A DNA stretch of 63,987 nt, the filler included, from Folioceros fuciformis (Eukaryota): NCBI GenBank assembly GCA_049999805.1. It is 21 parts of 21 records of this genome, joined end to end, with 100 filler letters (N's around TTAATTAATTAA, not from the genome) between each part and the next. Parts side by side here need not be neighbours in the genome. Positions count along the whole stretch, not along the records: positions 49,930 to 52,463 come from JBNGIO010006807.1; positions 52,564 to 57,170 come from JBNGIO010006808.1; positions 57,271 to 58,363 come from JBNGIO010006809.1; positions 58,464 to 60,208 come from JBNGIO010006810.1; positions 60,309 to 62,053 come from JBNGIO010006811.1; positions 62,154 to 63,987 come from JBNGIO010006812.1; 15 more parts are not named here. One strand, given 5' to 3'. The notes under the pieces are model-generated. The model did no database searches and was not told the DNA's origin. It worked only from the letters and a program-made list of their open reading frames with translations. Each line of letters starts with the position of its first letter. Position 1 is the first letter of the stretch. The position numbers and the translations under genes were made by a program. Shown here in pieces: positions 51,841-63,987 of this stretch.

Positions 51841-53583
51841 TGATGAAAGAAAAAGAAAAGAGTAGGAAAAAAAAATTAAGGGAGCCCCATCTGTCCTCTA
51901 ACTTTTGCCATACCCACACGATGGCGTTTGTTTTGAGGGACTTTTTCAGATTGTTGAGAGTAGTGTTGGTGTTCATATGGAAACGAGAAGTATGTAGAAA
52001 ACCAGGAATGTATAAAACGGAGAGCTCTAACCTAACCAAAGAGTGGCAAGAACCGAACCGAACCGAGGAACTCACTGCGAAAACTTTGCGCTCGCGTTCC
52101 ACATAGATGTCGATTACCGTAATGTGGCAGCGACAGTGGATGGCAGCTGAGCGCAGAGTGGGAGCATCCGCGAGCCATTTTCATTACTGGCAACAAAGAC
52201 CTTGCAACACGAGTCGGTAATCAGGGCCAGGAGTTTTCCTCAAGGCGCAAGCAGGCGGAGCGGAATCGGAGAATTCATTCCAGGATTGGCGGGGCTTGCT
52301 TGCGCAGCCTCCCCGGGTGCCGATGAGCGGGATAGGAGCCCGGGATGTCGAGCCGGCAGCCAGACACCAGCCCAGCCTTCAGCGCTGCGATCTGTGGTGA
52401 AATGGGCTGCGGGAGAGGCGGGGACGGGAGCAGGAGGAGCAGCAGGAACCAAGGGAGGAGCTTNNNNNNNNNNNNNNNNNNNNNNNNNNNNNNNNNNNNN
52501 NNNNNNNTTAATTAATTAANNNNNNNNNNNNNNNNNNNNNNNNNNNNNNNNNNNNNNNNNNNNGGGGGTCAGGGGCGACCTGGCTTCGTCTTAAAGCGGC
52601 GCTGGGACGAGGGGGATGAAGGCGCGAGGAGGGTGGTAAGGGTGTGGCGAGCGCAGCACCTGCTGCTGTGGGTGGCCACTTCCTTCCGGATCCCTGCCGC
52701 GCGGCCTTTGCTGTGGATTTTTCCTTAGGTTTCTTTCTGTTGTGACTGTTGAAGGGTTTGTTCCCCCCTTGTCTAAAGACCTCCAAAGTCTCTATGGTTG
52801 TGACTCGTCTTAGAGAAGCTTCTCCCGCGTCTTGGATGTTTTCACTTGAGCCGGGGGGATTGGATCTTTGCAGAGATGGCGGCTAATGTGCAGTCTACGC
52901 GGGTCTGCTGACACACTTTTTCTTTCCCCGAGAGACCATAACGCTGTGAGTTTCTCTGTGTCGAGAGTGTGTGCTGCTCACCCGCCTTGTGTACTTGATG
53001 CCCTCTTCCACGGAGTGGCACCGGGAGACTTGCTTTTTTGGCTGAGTTCCTAGGATTTTAGGCTTTATTCCATATTTTTGTTCCCGTGTAGTCTGTGACA
53101 TTCTGGGCTCTTTTTGCCCTGTAAATTGTCATAAATTCATCTTTGTAGAACCTAATTTTTTTTTCCACTCGAACAACATTGACATCAATCATGTGCCTTG
53201 GCAAGTCTCTCTCCTCTCTTGTTTCTGCCGTTTCTTACCATGCCATGGTCCGGTATGCTTGGTTGGGTATGTATCCCCCGTCTCCTGCTTGTCTCTACGG
53301 TTCACCGCATTTCGTAACTTGTGGTCCCTTCCTTCCCTTTCCTCGGCTCACTGCAAGAGTATATCGCCCGACCTTCCTTTTGTGGTGTGGGTGGTGACGT
53401 CTCTTGGATATGGCGTGTAAGGCTTTAGAGGCCCTTATCTTGGAACCTACTCAAAAGTGGTACGTGGTGTGTCTCTGGCCTTCCTGCCCCTCCCCATCCT
53501 CCTGGTCCTGGTACTGGGCGGATTAGGTCGGCGATCCCAGATCCCAGGCCAAGGTATGTCCACGAGAGGTGGTGACGGGCACT

Positions 53584-53587
<4 letters not shown>

Positions 53588-53616
<29 letters not shown>
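53588..53616. repeat. (CT)n microsatellite
   Basis: About 14 CT units, followed by a short (GT)n. Confidence 0.95.
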
Positions 53617-53619
<3 letters not shown>

Positions 53620-56600
53620 CGTACTGTGCTTGTGTGTGTGTGTAATTTTGCTGGTGCTCGTGTTTGTGTCATTGGCTGCATGAGCGAAGCAAGATATCCT
53701 GGCCTAATTCCTCAAGCACCAGGATTAGCTGTGTAATTCCGTCGAAGAATACGGGATAATGTAGCGGACGGACAAACCTAGGTGAGTGTAGCGATCGATG
53801 CACATGATGTGCATGTTGGGGAATCGGGCGGGCCCTGGAATGGTATGGTAGGACCAGCCTTGTGTGGGACCTGGCCAGCTGAACCGCCAACATAGCCTCG
53901 CCAGCTGCAGAGCCCCAGGAATATGTATATGTGGTGCAAATGGGCTGCCGCGAGACCCTTTGATTCAGGTGGATGTGCTACGCTCATGGCATGATGCAGG
54001 CACACTCGGGCTCGGAGCGGAAAGATTCTTCCTTGGCCACCCGGAGACACGACAAAACCGGGCTCTCAATACCATTCTCAAATGCAGTGCGTTCGAAGCC
54101 TTGCCGGCTACCCCCCTTTTTGGCCGAAAGGGCTGAAACCCTTTACATACGGACTTGGAGCAATGGCATGGAAGAAGTGTGGAGTCTCTTATCCCGCACC
54201 GTCCCAACCTGGTTCCACGAAACTGCGACGCAGCATACAAAGCTGTAGGGTAAGCTGTACAGTACATAGTATAGTCATAGAGTACATGCATGTTCGTATG
54301 TACGCCGCCAGGCCCAGTAGCTTGTAAAGCTTTGGTGCAGAAATGGTGGCCACAAAGCCTGACATGCACAGGCTCTTCAAGCAGCAGCTCAGCATGGAAG
54401 GGGGTCTTGATGACAGGACCAGCTGGTGCACAGACGTGCATCAATTCAATACGTGGAGAGGAGGAATAGAAGAACCGAGGTTGTGTCCTGCACCTTGGGT
54501 TCCGGAAGCGTGAGGCACTCACATATCCAAGAAGAGTGGAAGGCTCAATTGATGAAGCAGCATCAGCTGTTGACCTCTCAACAGACATGCACACTGTAAA
54601 GCTTCCAGAGCAGAAAATTATGAGCGAGCATCGATGTTGATCATCGTGGCTGCAGTAAAACTACAGCAGAGTCTGACCAACTTGACACTACTGAAGCGAC
54701 CACGCATCTATTCCGTGTCACATAAAATAAGAGTTGCACGCTTCTGTCGTGCGGCTAGCAGTTACTTCGGTGGCAATCCCTAGGATGCCGGTGCCTCATC
54801 GGGATCCTTGAACAGGCTGCTCACCAGCAGGGATCCTTGAGCCTCCGACCTCCAAAAGCCACATCCAGGATTGCACAACCGTCAATCGTGTCATGAGTAA
54901 GCGATTCCAATGAGGAGGCCGCGACACCTGAATATGAAGCCTTGCTTGCTACCTGTGAAGAAGGACGTGCATCATAAGCAGTGTGGCGCACGCTCCAGCC
55001 TTTGAAATGGAATTCCTGGCCACTGCAATCCGGTATCATCAGCAACTGTCCTGTCCTCCGGTAAACCCTCCTCTCCACTCATGACACACTGGAACTTGGG
55101 AGGAAACCGACGGCGCAGGGAGAGGGCAATGACGCAAATCTGTATTAGAGCAGGCAAGCATTCCTACACCGGTAACCGATCCGCACGAGAGAAACCAGGC
55201 AAGAGATCCGGCGACAATCGCTCCAGCAACGCGCAATACCTATGTACCTGCCTCATGACGAGTCGGGAGGAGACGGAGAGCGGAAGCGGCGGGGAGAAGT
55301 CTCATCACAGGCAACAATACGCGTCTCATTCGCCCGTTCTCAGACGCGGATTGAAAATGATAGGGGCCGTATTAAAATACCGTGAACGAGGCAAAAGGAC
55401 GAGGCGTGGAACGCACAACTGCAAAATAACATTGCTGCAACGGGCGGGACAGTGGGCACCCTGGCTTAGGCCTCCATTTAAAACTGTTGCCATAGCACTC
55501 GGCCTGGGTGTACGGCTAGGCCTGCCGCTTGCTTCCCTTGACCCATATGTCGTCGCTAGCGGAGGGCGTGGCGGGAGGAGTTTTTCAGTTGTCGGCGTCA
55601 TGTCTTGAGCTCGTTCGGCGCCATGGCCGGTGCTGCTGCATTGATCTGCCATTGCCAAGCGGCTTCCGTTGCTGCTACTGCGGCGCTCCGGTGTCTGTGT
55701 CTACCATTGATGGAGGTAGGCACGGAGGCTGGGCGTGCGCGTGGGGAGATTGGCAAATCTGGTCGCTGCTTTTGAACTTTTCCTTCGTACAGCTCCAATG
55801 CCCTCTCAATTGCCCCTGGTGTTCTAGAACCGGGAATTGGCCCTGTTGGGTTGTGGTGGATTGATCTTTTGAGCGCTGTTCCTCTTTTTTTCTTTCTTCA
55901 GGAATGTGCCGAGGGAGGATGACGGTGAGTCTTCAACCTGACTTCCTGTAGCGGCCTGGAGCTTGCTTGCCCTCCTCCCGGCGTTTCGTTACAGCAGTAA
56001 CTTAGCTGCGGGCCCCCGCAGGCGGGAGGTAAGCCTGTGCAATTAGGTGGGTTTGGAACGCGTTTGCTTTTCTTTTTGCTTCTGGCAGTAAAGCTTATGC
56101 GGTGGGATTGGAGGTTAAGATGACTAGAATTGTAAGTTCACTAAGGAGAGTGGCGAGGGACAGGTTGTGTGCACATTGGGATGGACCATGGAGGAATTGA
56201 GGATGCCATGTTTCCCGTGGTTTGAGAACCCCTATTAGCAGAGCCGGACTGCATGGAGGACGGAGCCGGCTCAGCGCTTCACAGCGCTGGTATCTGCATC
56301 GACCAAAGGGGTCGCAAATGCTTACAACCGTGGCGAGTCGAACTGCTCCCTGGATTGAGGCACACTGGATGAGATTTTTACGGTGCCCTGGACGTCCACA
56401 CTTGCAAGGGTTTTGTGTTGTTTGGTAATGTCTTCTCAGCAAGGAACACTTTAGTTCTGTCCTTGTGCAAAGCCATGGCATGCTGGGGTGCGCTTACGGT
56501 TTAATTAACTCAAATGCAGCAGGTGTGAAGAATGGGGCTGCAGGTGTGGCACAGGCTTGCAATGCACTATTTATTGGCCTTTTTGTCCTTACTTATTCCA

Positions 56601-56666
56601 GCGTTCCTGGAGCTCCTCCGCTGCTTCAGCTGCTGATATGACGCTGTGTCGCTGAGCAACCCCGCC

Positions 56667-57170
56667 ATGGCTGGAAGCCAGGTTACCTTAACTAATTTCC
56701 CTGAGGACTTGTCTGCATTTGAGTTGGCAGAGTTCCTGCGGGACAGGGTTGGTGTAGTGTGGAGGTGCAAAGTGAAAAGGACAAGCGTCCCAGCCCATGC
56801 TTTCATGCAGTTTGTTTCCAATGAGATCGAAAGGCAAGCGAAGAAGGAGCGCCTGACCAGGTGCTGTCCCCACGCGTTTGTCCATTTTGCGTGCTCGGAG
56901 GTTGCCAAGGAGGCCTGTCATCTTGCAAAGAACAAGTACTTGGTAATTCGAGAGAGGGCTCTCATTGCAAGGCCGTGGGGGTCGAACATTTGGTCCAAAC
57001 CAAGGGTGAGAACTAAAGGAGAGCGGGTTTTGCAAGTCCAAGGTGCCGTGGTGGAGCTTGGATTTTTGGAAGACAGTACTCATGTTTTCTCTGTGTCCTG
57101 GAGACTGCCCACAGACCAGGTCATCTTTGAGGTGGATCCGTTTAACAGGCATCTCAGGTTCGTCTGGACC
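56667..57170 (+). CDS. RDR6: RNA-dependent RNA polymerase 6, N-terminal RRM-like region, truncated by the gap
   Basis: QVTLTNF...LAEFL...VGVVWRCKVK, PHAFVHFA, VELGFL...FSVSWR and FEVDPF follow the Arabidopsis RDR6 N-terminus (GIVWRCRLK, PHAFVHFA, FFVSWR, FLVDPF). Confidence 0.88.
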
Positions 57171-57270
57171 NNNNNNNNNNNNNNNNNNNNNNNNNNNNNN
57201 NNNNNNNNNNNNNNTTAATTAATTAANNNNNNNNNNNNNNNNNNNNNNNNNNNNNNNNNNNNNNNNNNNN

Positions 57271-58363
57271 GGCGGAGGCGGTGGGGGTAGCGATAATTCC
57301 GTTTGATATACGGGCTGAAACTCCGGTATTTGAGAAGATGGGCTCGGTGCTAGACGCCTTGGTGCTGCGTTTGACAGTGCTGATTCTTCCTTGTATGGCG
57401 CTTGAATCTGGGGCGGTGGTGGTGGTAGAAATGACATTTTTTGATCCCCCTTCAATGATTGTGACTGTAATGAATCCTGATCCTTCAGGGGTGGCTGTTG
57501 GAGCGGCGGTGCAGGATGTTCAGACTGTTGTGAACTCAGATTGGGCAGAGTCCAATTGTACCGCAAGGGAAAGACCAGTGCCATGAAAAAAAGAATTCTG
57601 AGCTTGGGTGTCAGGGGCAACCATGGATCTATGTGAAACATTAACTTCATATGTTCCTTCAAAGCAAGCATTCTCCTTACGTTTGATAGGCCTTCGAAGT
57701 CTTTTATCGAGCCTTTTTGCTTTATCTATGAACTGATCTGCTCCATCTATTGTGTGAAAGGCGTTGTCGACACGGTCAAAGTCCTTTCTTAGGGTTGGCT
57801 TCTTGGAGTGTTGGTGCGCATTTGAATGCAATTGTGAACAGTCCTGCGTCACCATGGACCAGCCTTGGTTTTCGATGCCGCTATTAGTAGTGTCATGGAG
57901 ATCTCGCACCATTTGGATGATAGAGGAACCATGAAGAGTTGCTTTTTGTGCATGTGATACTTGTCGGGATGATGGGTTTCCGCGTCGAAAGACCTCAGTT
58001 ATAGGAACGATCTGAAGCTGCAAATTTGCGATTGATTCATCAAGGACTGTTAGAGAAGTGAAAGAGCTGGTATCGACAAGAGTCAGTGTTGAAAGGTTCA
58101 AATATAGTTGGATGTTCATACCGGGAAGATACCCAATCCCAGGATAGAGCCTTTCGCATATTCTCTAATTGTGTTTGGATGTTTGACATATGGGATCTTG
58201 ATTCATCCACTACTAAAACATGCTCAAATTCCAGTCTTTCAAGCATTTGGAGCATGGATAAATCTTCGTTTTCATGATTGAGACCATCTTCACTTTGCTT
58301 TAGTGCCTGGTGGAACTCTTCCCGCCAATGATGAAGTTTCGAAGAAGTAGTTCGTAAACGTGT
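57271..58363 (-). mobile_element. Degenerate coding-like segment, possibly a retroelement gag remnant
   Basis: Chain of frameshifted minus-strand ORFs ending in Pro-rich tracts; no diagnostic motif. Confidence 0.25.
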
Positions 58364-58463
58364 NNNNNNNNNNNNNNNNNNNNNNNNNNNNNNNNNNNNN
58401 NNNNNNNTTAATTAATTAANNNNNNNNNNNNNNNNNNNNNNNNNNNNNNNNNNNNNNNNNNNN

Positions 58464-60208
58464 AGAATGACTCAGAAAACTTGTTTGTCATGCAGCATAT
58501 GCTTAACTCTATGTCTGCTAATGGATCCAACAATGGTGAGATTGTGTGGTATGTGGACTCAGGAGCTTTGAACCACATGACATGCCATGGGGAGTGGTTC
58601 AAAGAAATGCAAGTGCTTGACAAACCTGGATATGTAGAAACTGGAGATGACACAACACATGCAATTGTGCATACAGGAACTGTACCTCTGAAGATGCAGG
58701 ATGGCAAAGTGAAGTGCCTGGTAGATGTTCTTCACGTACCCAACATCACAAAGAACTTGGTGTCAGTTGGGCAGATGGTTGAGCAAGGATTGCAGGTTAG
58801 ATTTACACCTGCAGGACTCTTTGTTGAAGAGTGCAAGAAAGGCGGTCGCCTGATTGCTCAAGGACAGAAGGTTGGACGGATGTTCACCTTGAACGTGGAG
58901 GTTCCTAAGCTGAAGTCAGCCATGTTTGCGAAGGGTACAAGGGTAGTGACAGACCTAGAGATGTGGCACAAACGCATTGGACATGTAAATGTGCAGAAGT
59001 TGAAGTCCATGCAGCATCAGAAGGTTGTCACAGGCATACCCAAGCTTACAGAAAATGGACTGCAAGGTATATGTGAAGCATGTCAACTTGGGAAACAACC
59101 TAGGAATGCGTTCCCCCATGACAAACATGTCAGCAGATATGTGTTGGATGTTGTGCATTCAGATGTATGGGGTCCTACACAGACTGCATCAATCGGAGGC
59201 TGCAAGTACTATGTGACCTTCATTGACGACCACACAAGGAAGGTGTGGGTCTATTTCATGAAAGAAAAAAGTGAAGTGATCACTCATTTTCATACTTTCA
59301 AGGCGATGGTTGAGAAGCAGACAGGTAGGCACATCAAATGCCTAAGATCTGATGGAGGGGGAGAGTACTTCTCCAGAGAGTTCAGCAAATTCTTATCAGA
59401 ACAGGGCATTCAACGGCAGTACTCATGTCGTTATACGCCACAACAAAATGGAGTTGCAGAGCGCAAGAACAGGCACATAGCAGAAGTGGCGAGAGCATTG
59501 ATGACAGAGAAGAAGATGCCTCACTACTATTGGGCTGAAGCTGTAAGCACAGCAGTGTACATCATGAACAGAACTTCCACAGCAGCGGTGCACAGTGTAA
59601 CACCGGAGGAGAAGTTCACAGGGAAGAAACCTGACTTGTCACACTTAAAGGTATTTGGTTGCATTGCTTATGTCCATATTCCGGATGAGTTGCGGACTAA
59701 GCTCGATCCAAAAGCAGAAAAGTGTGTCTTCATTGGGTATTCTGTTACACAGAAAGGATACAGGTGCTACAATCCCAGTATACGGACTATGAGAATAAGC
59801 AGAGACGTAGTCTTTGATGAAATGGGTAGCTGGTACTTTGAAGTACAAGGAAGTAGTGTAGCTGATGTGCTTGAAACTGAGGTAACAAGCAATGCAGGTC
59901 AACAATCACAAGTGTTGAGTGGACCGCAAGCGTCATCAAACTCGACAAATGTTTAGAATCCATGGAGTGGCAGGTTGCGAGGTAGTGTGAGTCCTACGAG
60001 CTCCACAGCTGTGTCTCGCAAAGGGAAGGAAAAAGTCCAGGATTCAAAGATACCAGACCTAAGTGCAGGTGCGGATGATTCAAGCGACTCTGAGCAGAGC
60101 TTGGATGAGGAATTCGGTGTACCGAAAATCGAAACACCTGGTGCAAAAGAGGTTCAATCAACCCCTGGAAGTGGTTCAATCCCACGGAGATCTGGAAGGC
60201 AGAAGGTT
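58464..60208 (+). mobile_element. Ty1/Copia pol fragment (protease, GAG-pre-integrase, integrase), copy 1, premature stop at 59954-59956
   Basis: WYVDSGA..HM, WHKRIGH, CEAC, VHSDVWGP, FIDD, LRSDGGGEY, PQQNGVAERKNR, KGYRCY. Confidence 0.97.
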
Positions 60209-60308
60209 NNNNNNNNNNNNNNNNNNNNNNNNNNNNNNNNNNNNNNNNNNNNTTAATTAATTAANNNNNNNNNNNNNNNNNNNNNNNNNNNNNNNNNNNN
60301 NNNNNNNN

Positions 60309-62053
60309 AGAATGACTCAGAAAACTTGTTTGTCATGCAGCATATGCTTAACTCTGTGTCTGCTAATGGATCCAACAATGGTGAGATTGTGTGGTATGTG
60401 GACTCAGGAGCTTTGAACCACATGACATGCCATGGGGAGTGGTTCAAAGAAATGCAAGTGCTTGACAAACCTGGATATGTAGAAACTGGAGACGACACAA
60501 CACATGCAATTGTGCATACAGGAACTGTACCTCTGAAGATGCAGGATGGCAAAGTGAAGTGCCTGGTAGATGTTCTTCACGTACCCAACATCACAAAGAA
60601 CTTGGTGTCAGTTGGGCAGATGGTTGAGCAAGGACTGCAGGTTAGATTTACACCTGCAGGACTCTTTGTTGAAGAGTGCAAGAAAGGCGGTCGCCTGATT
60701 GCTCAAGGACAGAAGGTTGGACGGATGTTCACCTTGAACGTGGAGGTTCCTAAGCTGAAGTCAGCCATGTTTGCGAAGGGTACAAGGGTAGTGACAGACC
60801 TAGAGATGTGGCACAAACGCATTGGACATGTAAATGTGCAGAAGTTGAAGTCCATGCAGCATCAGAAGGTTGTCACAGGCATACCCAAGCTTACAGAAAA
60901 TGGACTGCAAGGTATATGTGAAGCATGTCAACTTGGGAAACAACCTAGGAATGCGTTCCCCCATGACAAACATGTCAGCAGATATGTGTTGGATGTTGTG
61001 CATTCAGATGTATGGGGTCCTACACAGACTGCATCAATCGGAGGCTGCAAGTACTATGTGACCTTCATTGACGACCACACAAGGAAGGTGTGGGTCTATT
61101 TCATGAAAGAAAAAAGTGAAGTGATCACTCATTTTCATACTTTCAAGGCGATGGTTGAGAAGCAGACAGGTAGGCACATCAAATGCCTAAGATCTGATGG
61201 AGGGGGAGAGTACTTCTCCAGAGAGTTCAGCAAATTCTTATCAGAACAGGGCATTCAACGGCAGTACTCATGTCGTTATACGCCACAACAAAATGGAGTT
61301 GCAGAGCGCAAGAACAGGCACATAGCAGAAGTGGCGAGAGCCTTGATGACAGAGAAGAAGATGCCTCACTACTATTGGGCTGAAGCTGTAAGCACAGCAG
61401 TGTACATCATGAACAGAACTTCCACAGCAGCGGTGCACAGTGTAACACCGGAGGAGAAGTTCACAGGGAAGAAACCTGACTTGTCACACTTAAAGGTATT
61501 TGGTTGCATTGCTTATGTCCATATTCCGGATGAGTTGCGGACTAAGCTCGATCCAAAAGCAGAAAAGTGTGTCTTCATTGGGTATTCTGTTACACAGAAA
61601 GGATACAGGTGCTACAATCCCAGTATACGGACTATGAGAATAAGCAGAGACGTAGTCTTTGATGAAATGGGTAGCTGGTACTTTGAAGTACAAGGAAGTA
61701 GTGTAGCTGATGTGCTTGAAACTGAGGTAACAAGCAATGCAGGTCAACAATCACAAGTGTTGAGTGGACCGCAAGCGTCATCAAACTCGACAAATGTTCA
61801 GAATCCATGGAGTGGCAGGTTGCGAGGTAGTGTGAGTCCTACGAGCTCCACAGCTGTGTCTCGCAAAGGGAAGGAAAAAGTCCAGGATTCAAAGATACCA
61901 GACCTAAGTGCAGGTGCGGATGATTCAAGCGACTCTGAGCAGAGCTTGGATGAGGAATTCGGTGTACCGAAAATCGAAACACCTGGTGCAAAAGAGGTTC
62001 AATCAGCCCCTGGAAGTGGTTCAATCCCACGGAGATCTGGAAGGCAGAAGGTT
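60309..62053 (+). mobile_element. Ty1/Copia pol fragment, copy 2, uninterrupted frame
   Basis: Same 1745-bp interval as 58464-60208, with 6 differences found by eye. Confidence 0.97.
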
Positions 62054-62153
62054 NNNNNNNNNNNNNNNNNNNNNNNNNNNNNNNNNNNNNNNNNNNNTTA
62101 ATTAATTAANNNNNNNNNNNNNNNNNNNNNNNNNNNNNNNNNNNNNNNNNNNN

Positions 62154-62460
62154 TAAGCGCTGAAGCTTTTTTGGGGCTACGATATTTGTCGTTCTCGCAG
62201 TCCCTGCTGCTAAAGAGATACAAGAAGAAGAACAAGAAGAGAACGAAAGAAAGACAGCAAGGTGGAAGCCGGGAATGGTGCTACCGAAGTTGCCCTTGCC
62301 CCAGAATCCAACAGAATCCAACAGCAAGGCAGCAGCTTCGAGTAAGAAGTCCAAGAAGGCCAGAAAGGAAGAGGCAAAGGTAGAGGAGCCAGTGGAAGCA
62401 CCTCCACCTCCGGCAGAAGAACCGGCGAAGAAAAGAAAGACGAAGAAAACAGAGGCATAG
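62154..62460 (+). CDS. 3' end of a Lys/Glu-rich low-complexity ORF of unknown identity
   Basis: ...KEIQEEEQEENERK...SSKKSKKARKEEAKVEEPVEAPPPPAEEPAKKRKTKKTEA*. Confidence 0.35.
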
Positions 62461-62739
62461 TCTGCTGCGAAATGCAAAACACTGATATTATGTACAGGTT
62501 TTCCGTTTCCAGCCCACTGACTGTCCCGGCCCAGATCTGAATCTGTGTATTGCAGTTGATCTGTGAGGTCATGGATAAGCTATCCATCGCCTAGTGGCTC
62601 GAGGGCCCCTTAATTTTGTTAGACTGAGGCCGTGTATGAAATCTCCATAACTGCGCAATTTCTCGTCGGCGTTCTCTCCAAACTGGTGTCGCTGAGCTGT
62701 GAGAGGAACAAGCGAGACAACAGACTCTCACGAGCCAGA

Positions 62740-63310
62740 CTGTGTGCATCTTGTGAGCAGAGTCCCTGGGATATGGCGGGAGTACCACTAGAGATTGGAA
62801 AATGATGCACAATCGTTTCCCCCTTGGCAACCTACATACAGTACATACTAAATCTCTGCGTGGGACCAGGTCTTTGTCACCTGGTAGTGCGTGTGCGCAT
62901 CTTGTGAGCAGAGTCCCAATGGGATATGGCCAAAGTTATGACTTACCATCTCAGATTCGAAAATCGTGCACAATGGGTTTCCCCGAGGAGACCTACATAC
63001 AGTACATCCAGTACATCCAGTACAGTACATACCCGATCTCTGCGTGGCACGAGGTGAGTGCCCCGGAGGAAGCTCCACGGCATGCCACAACGGGGCACGT
63101 GTACGGGCTCGACTGTTATAAAATTGTTGTCATGCGGGGACAGTTGCTTCCTGGTCCGAACATCCATATATAGCAGAAATCCAGTCTGTTAAGTGAAGTG
63201 TGCATCGTCTAAAACGAGTCCTAGTGGGATATGGGCCGAATGCTCCAGCCATTCCAACATCCGAAGTCTCCCCGTGGGACCAGGTGTATTGTTCCGGAGC
63301 CGGAGGAAGC
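62740..63310. repeat. Degenerate modular tandem repeat (about 150-230-bp period)
   Basis: gtgYgcatc...gagtcc...gggatatgg at 62741, 62893 and 63198. tctYYgtggSacSaggt at 62854, 63037 and 63267. acctacatacagtacat at 62830 and 62991. Confidence 0.75.
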
Positions 63311-63987
63311 TATACAGAGTGTCACAACGGAGCACGCGACTGTTTTAAAATTTTCGTCAAGCGGGACACTTGCGCAGCGATGGTCGCTTCCCTGAGCCAC
63401 GACTCTTGCTTGAGAATGCTGCGCCTGTCCCTCAATCTGCCGAGAAACATCCCCCATTACCCCATGGTCTTTGGATGTACTGTACGCTGCTGGCGGGCAG
63501 ATTGGTTCGGTATCCTGATGGTGGGCGGTAATGGGTGTGGGATGATTTATCCTGCACAGAATAATGAGGGATGAATCCGGCTCGGAGGATGGGCAGGAGC
63601 GTGTATTGGCGATGAATTCAAGTCATGCTGAGAGGTTGAGGAATAGTGAAGGCTACACGCGGGGGGAGAAGACTTATATATACGGAGGCAGAGTGCATGA
63701 AACCTCCAGTGCCACGGCCAAGCACAGAGGCCCGGCTGGAGCGATCGATGATCGGCAGGCGTCAGGTGCAGGTGGAGACGAAGGAGTCACGCGTGGGTAG
63801 TTTGAGTTCTGATTCAGTGGATCGAGGAATGAAGTTGGATTTCGATCACGAGACCAGGGCCAAGGAATCTGGGATGGGGAGTATCGGCGGCAGGATGAGA
63901 AGCAGCAGCGCAAGTAGACCCTCTGTGGGAGGCAAGGGAGTGGTTGTGATCGCTGCCATGGTGTTGCAATACTTGCCTCGGATTTCA

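Noticed and set aside
53669-55240. Minus-strand fragments with a RING-like piece (LLEEPVHVRLCGHHFC)
   Set aside because: Other Zn ligands are missing and no consistent spliced frame could be built.
58464-62053. Tandem duplication of a Copia element
   Set aside because: The copies are separate contigs, so physical tandem arrangement is unsupported.
63588-63610. Short resemblance (gaatccg...cggag) to the 48.9-49.3 kb modules
   Set aside because: The match is too short to distinguish from chance.

Overview
Eukaryotic plant nuclear DNA, not a continuous locus. It is 21 short contigs joined by 20 identical artificial 100-bp spacers (N44-TTAATTAATTAA-N44), so adjacency across spacers has no biological meaning. 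Short GT-AG introns, plant-type genes (RLCK-VI, LRR-RLK, SCPL, RDR6) and a PAN3 gene suggest a non-flowering land plant; bryophyte/hornwort-like is an inference. Genes: PAN3, a secreted Pro-rich protein (5' part), a beta-rich unknown ORF, two paralogous RING-CH (MARCH-type) E3 ligase genes, an F-box-associated fragment interrupted by a CRE retrotransposon, an intronless Iml2/TTC39-family TPR gene, a USP-domain RLCK-VI kinase, an SCPL pseudogene, an LRR-RLK, an intronless tandem-GT8 glycosyltransferase head-to-head with an MFS transporter, IMP4 and the RDR6 N-terminus. Mobile DNA includes Copia pol fragments and three CRE-clade non-LTR fragments. The most striking observation is the RING-CH pair. 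In the duplicate, 24 of 38 codons of the transmembrane exon are non-synonymously changed, with one synonymous change and no stops, while the adjacent intron is about 97% identical and the frame appears preserved. Other leads are the tandem GT8 with a pseudo-catalytic second domain, the TTC39-like gene, a 34-bp telomere-motif minisatellite and a CG/CHG-deamination signature between two near-identical Copia copies.
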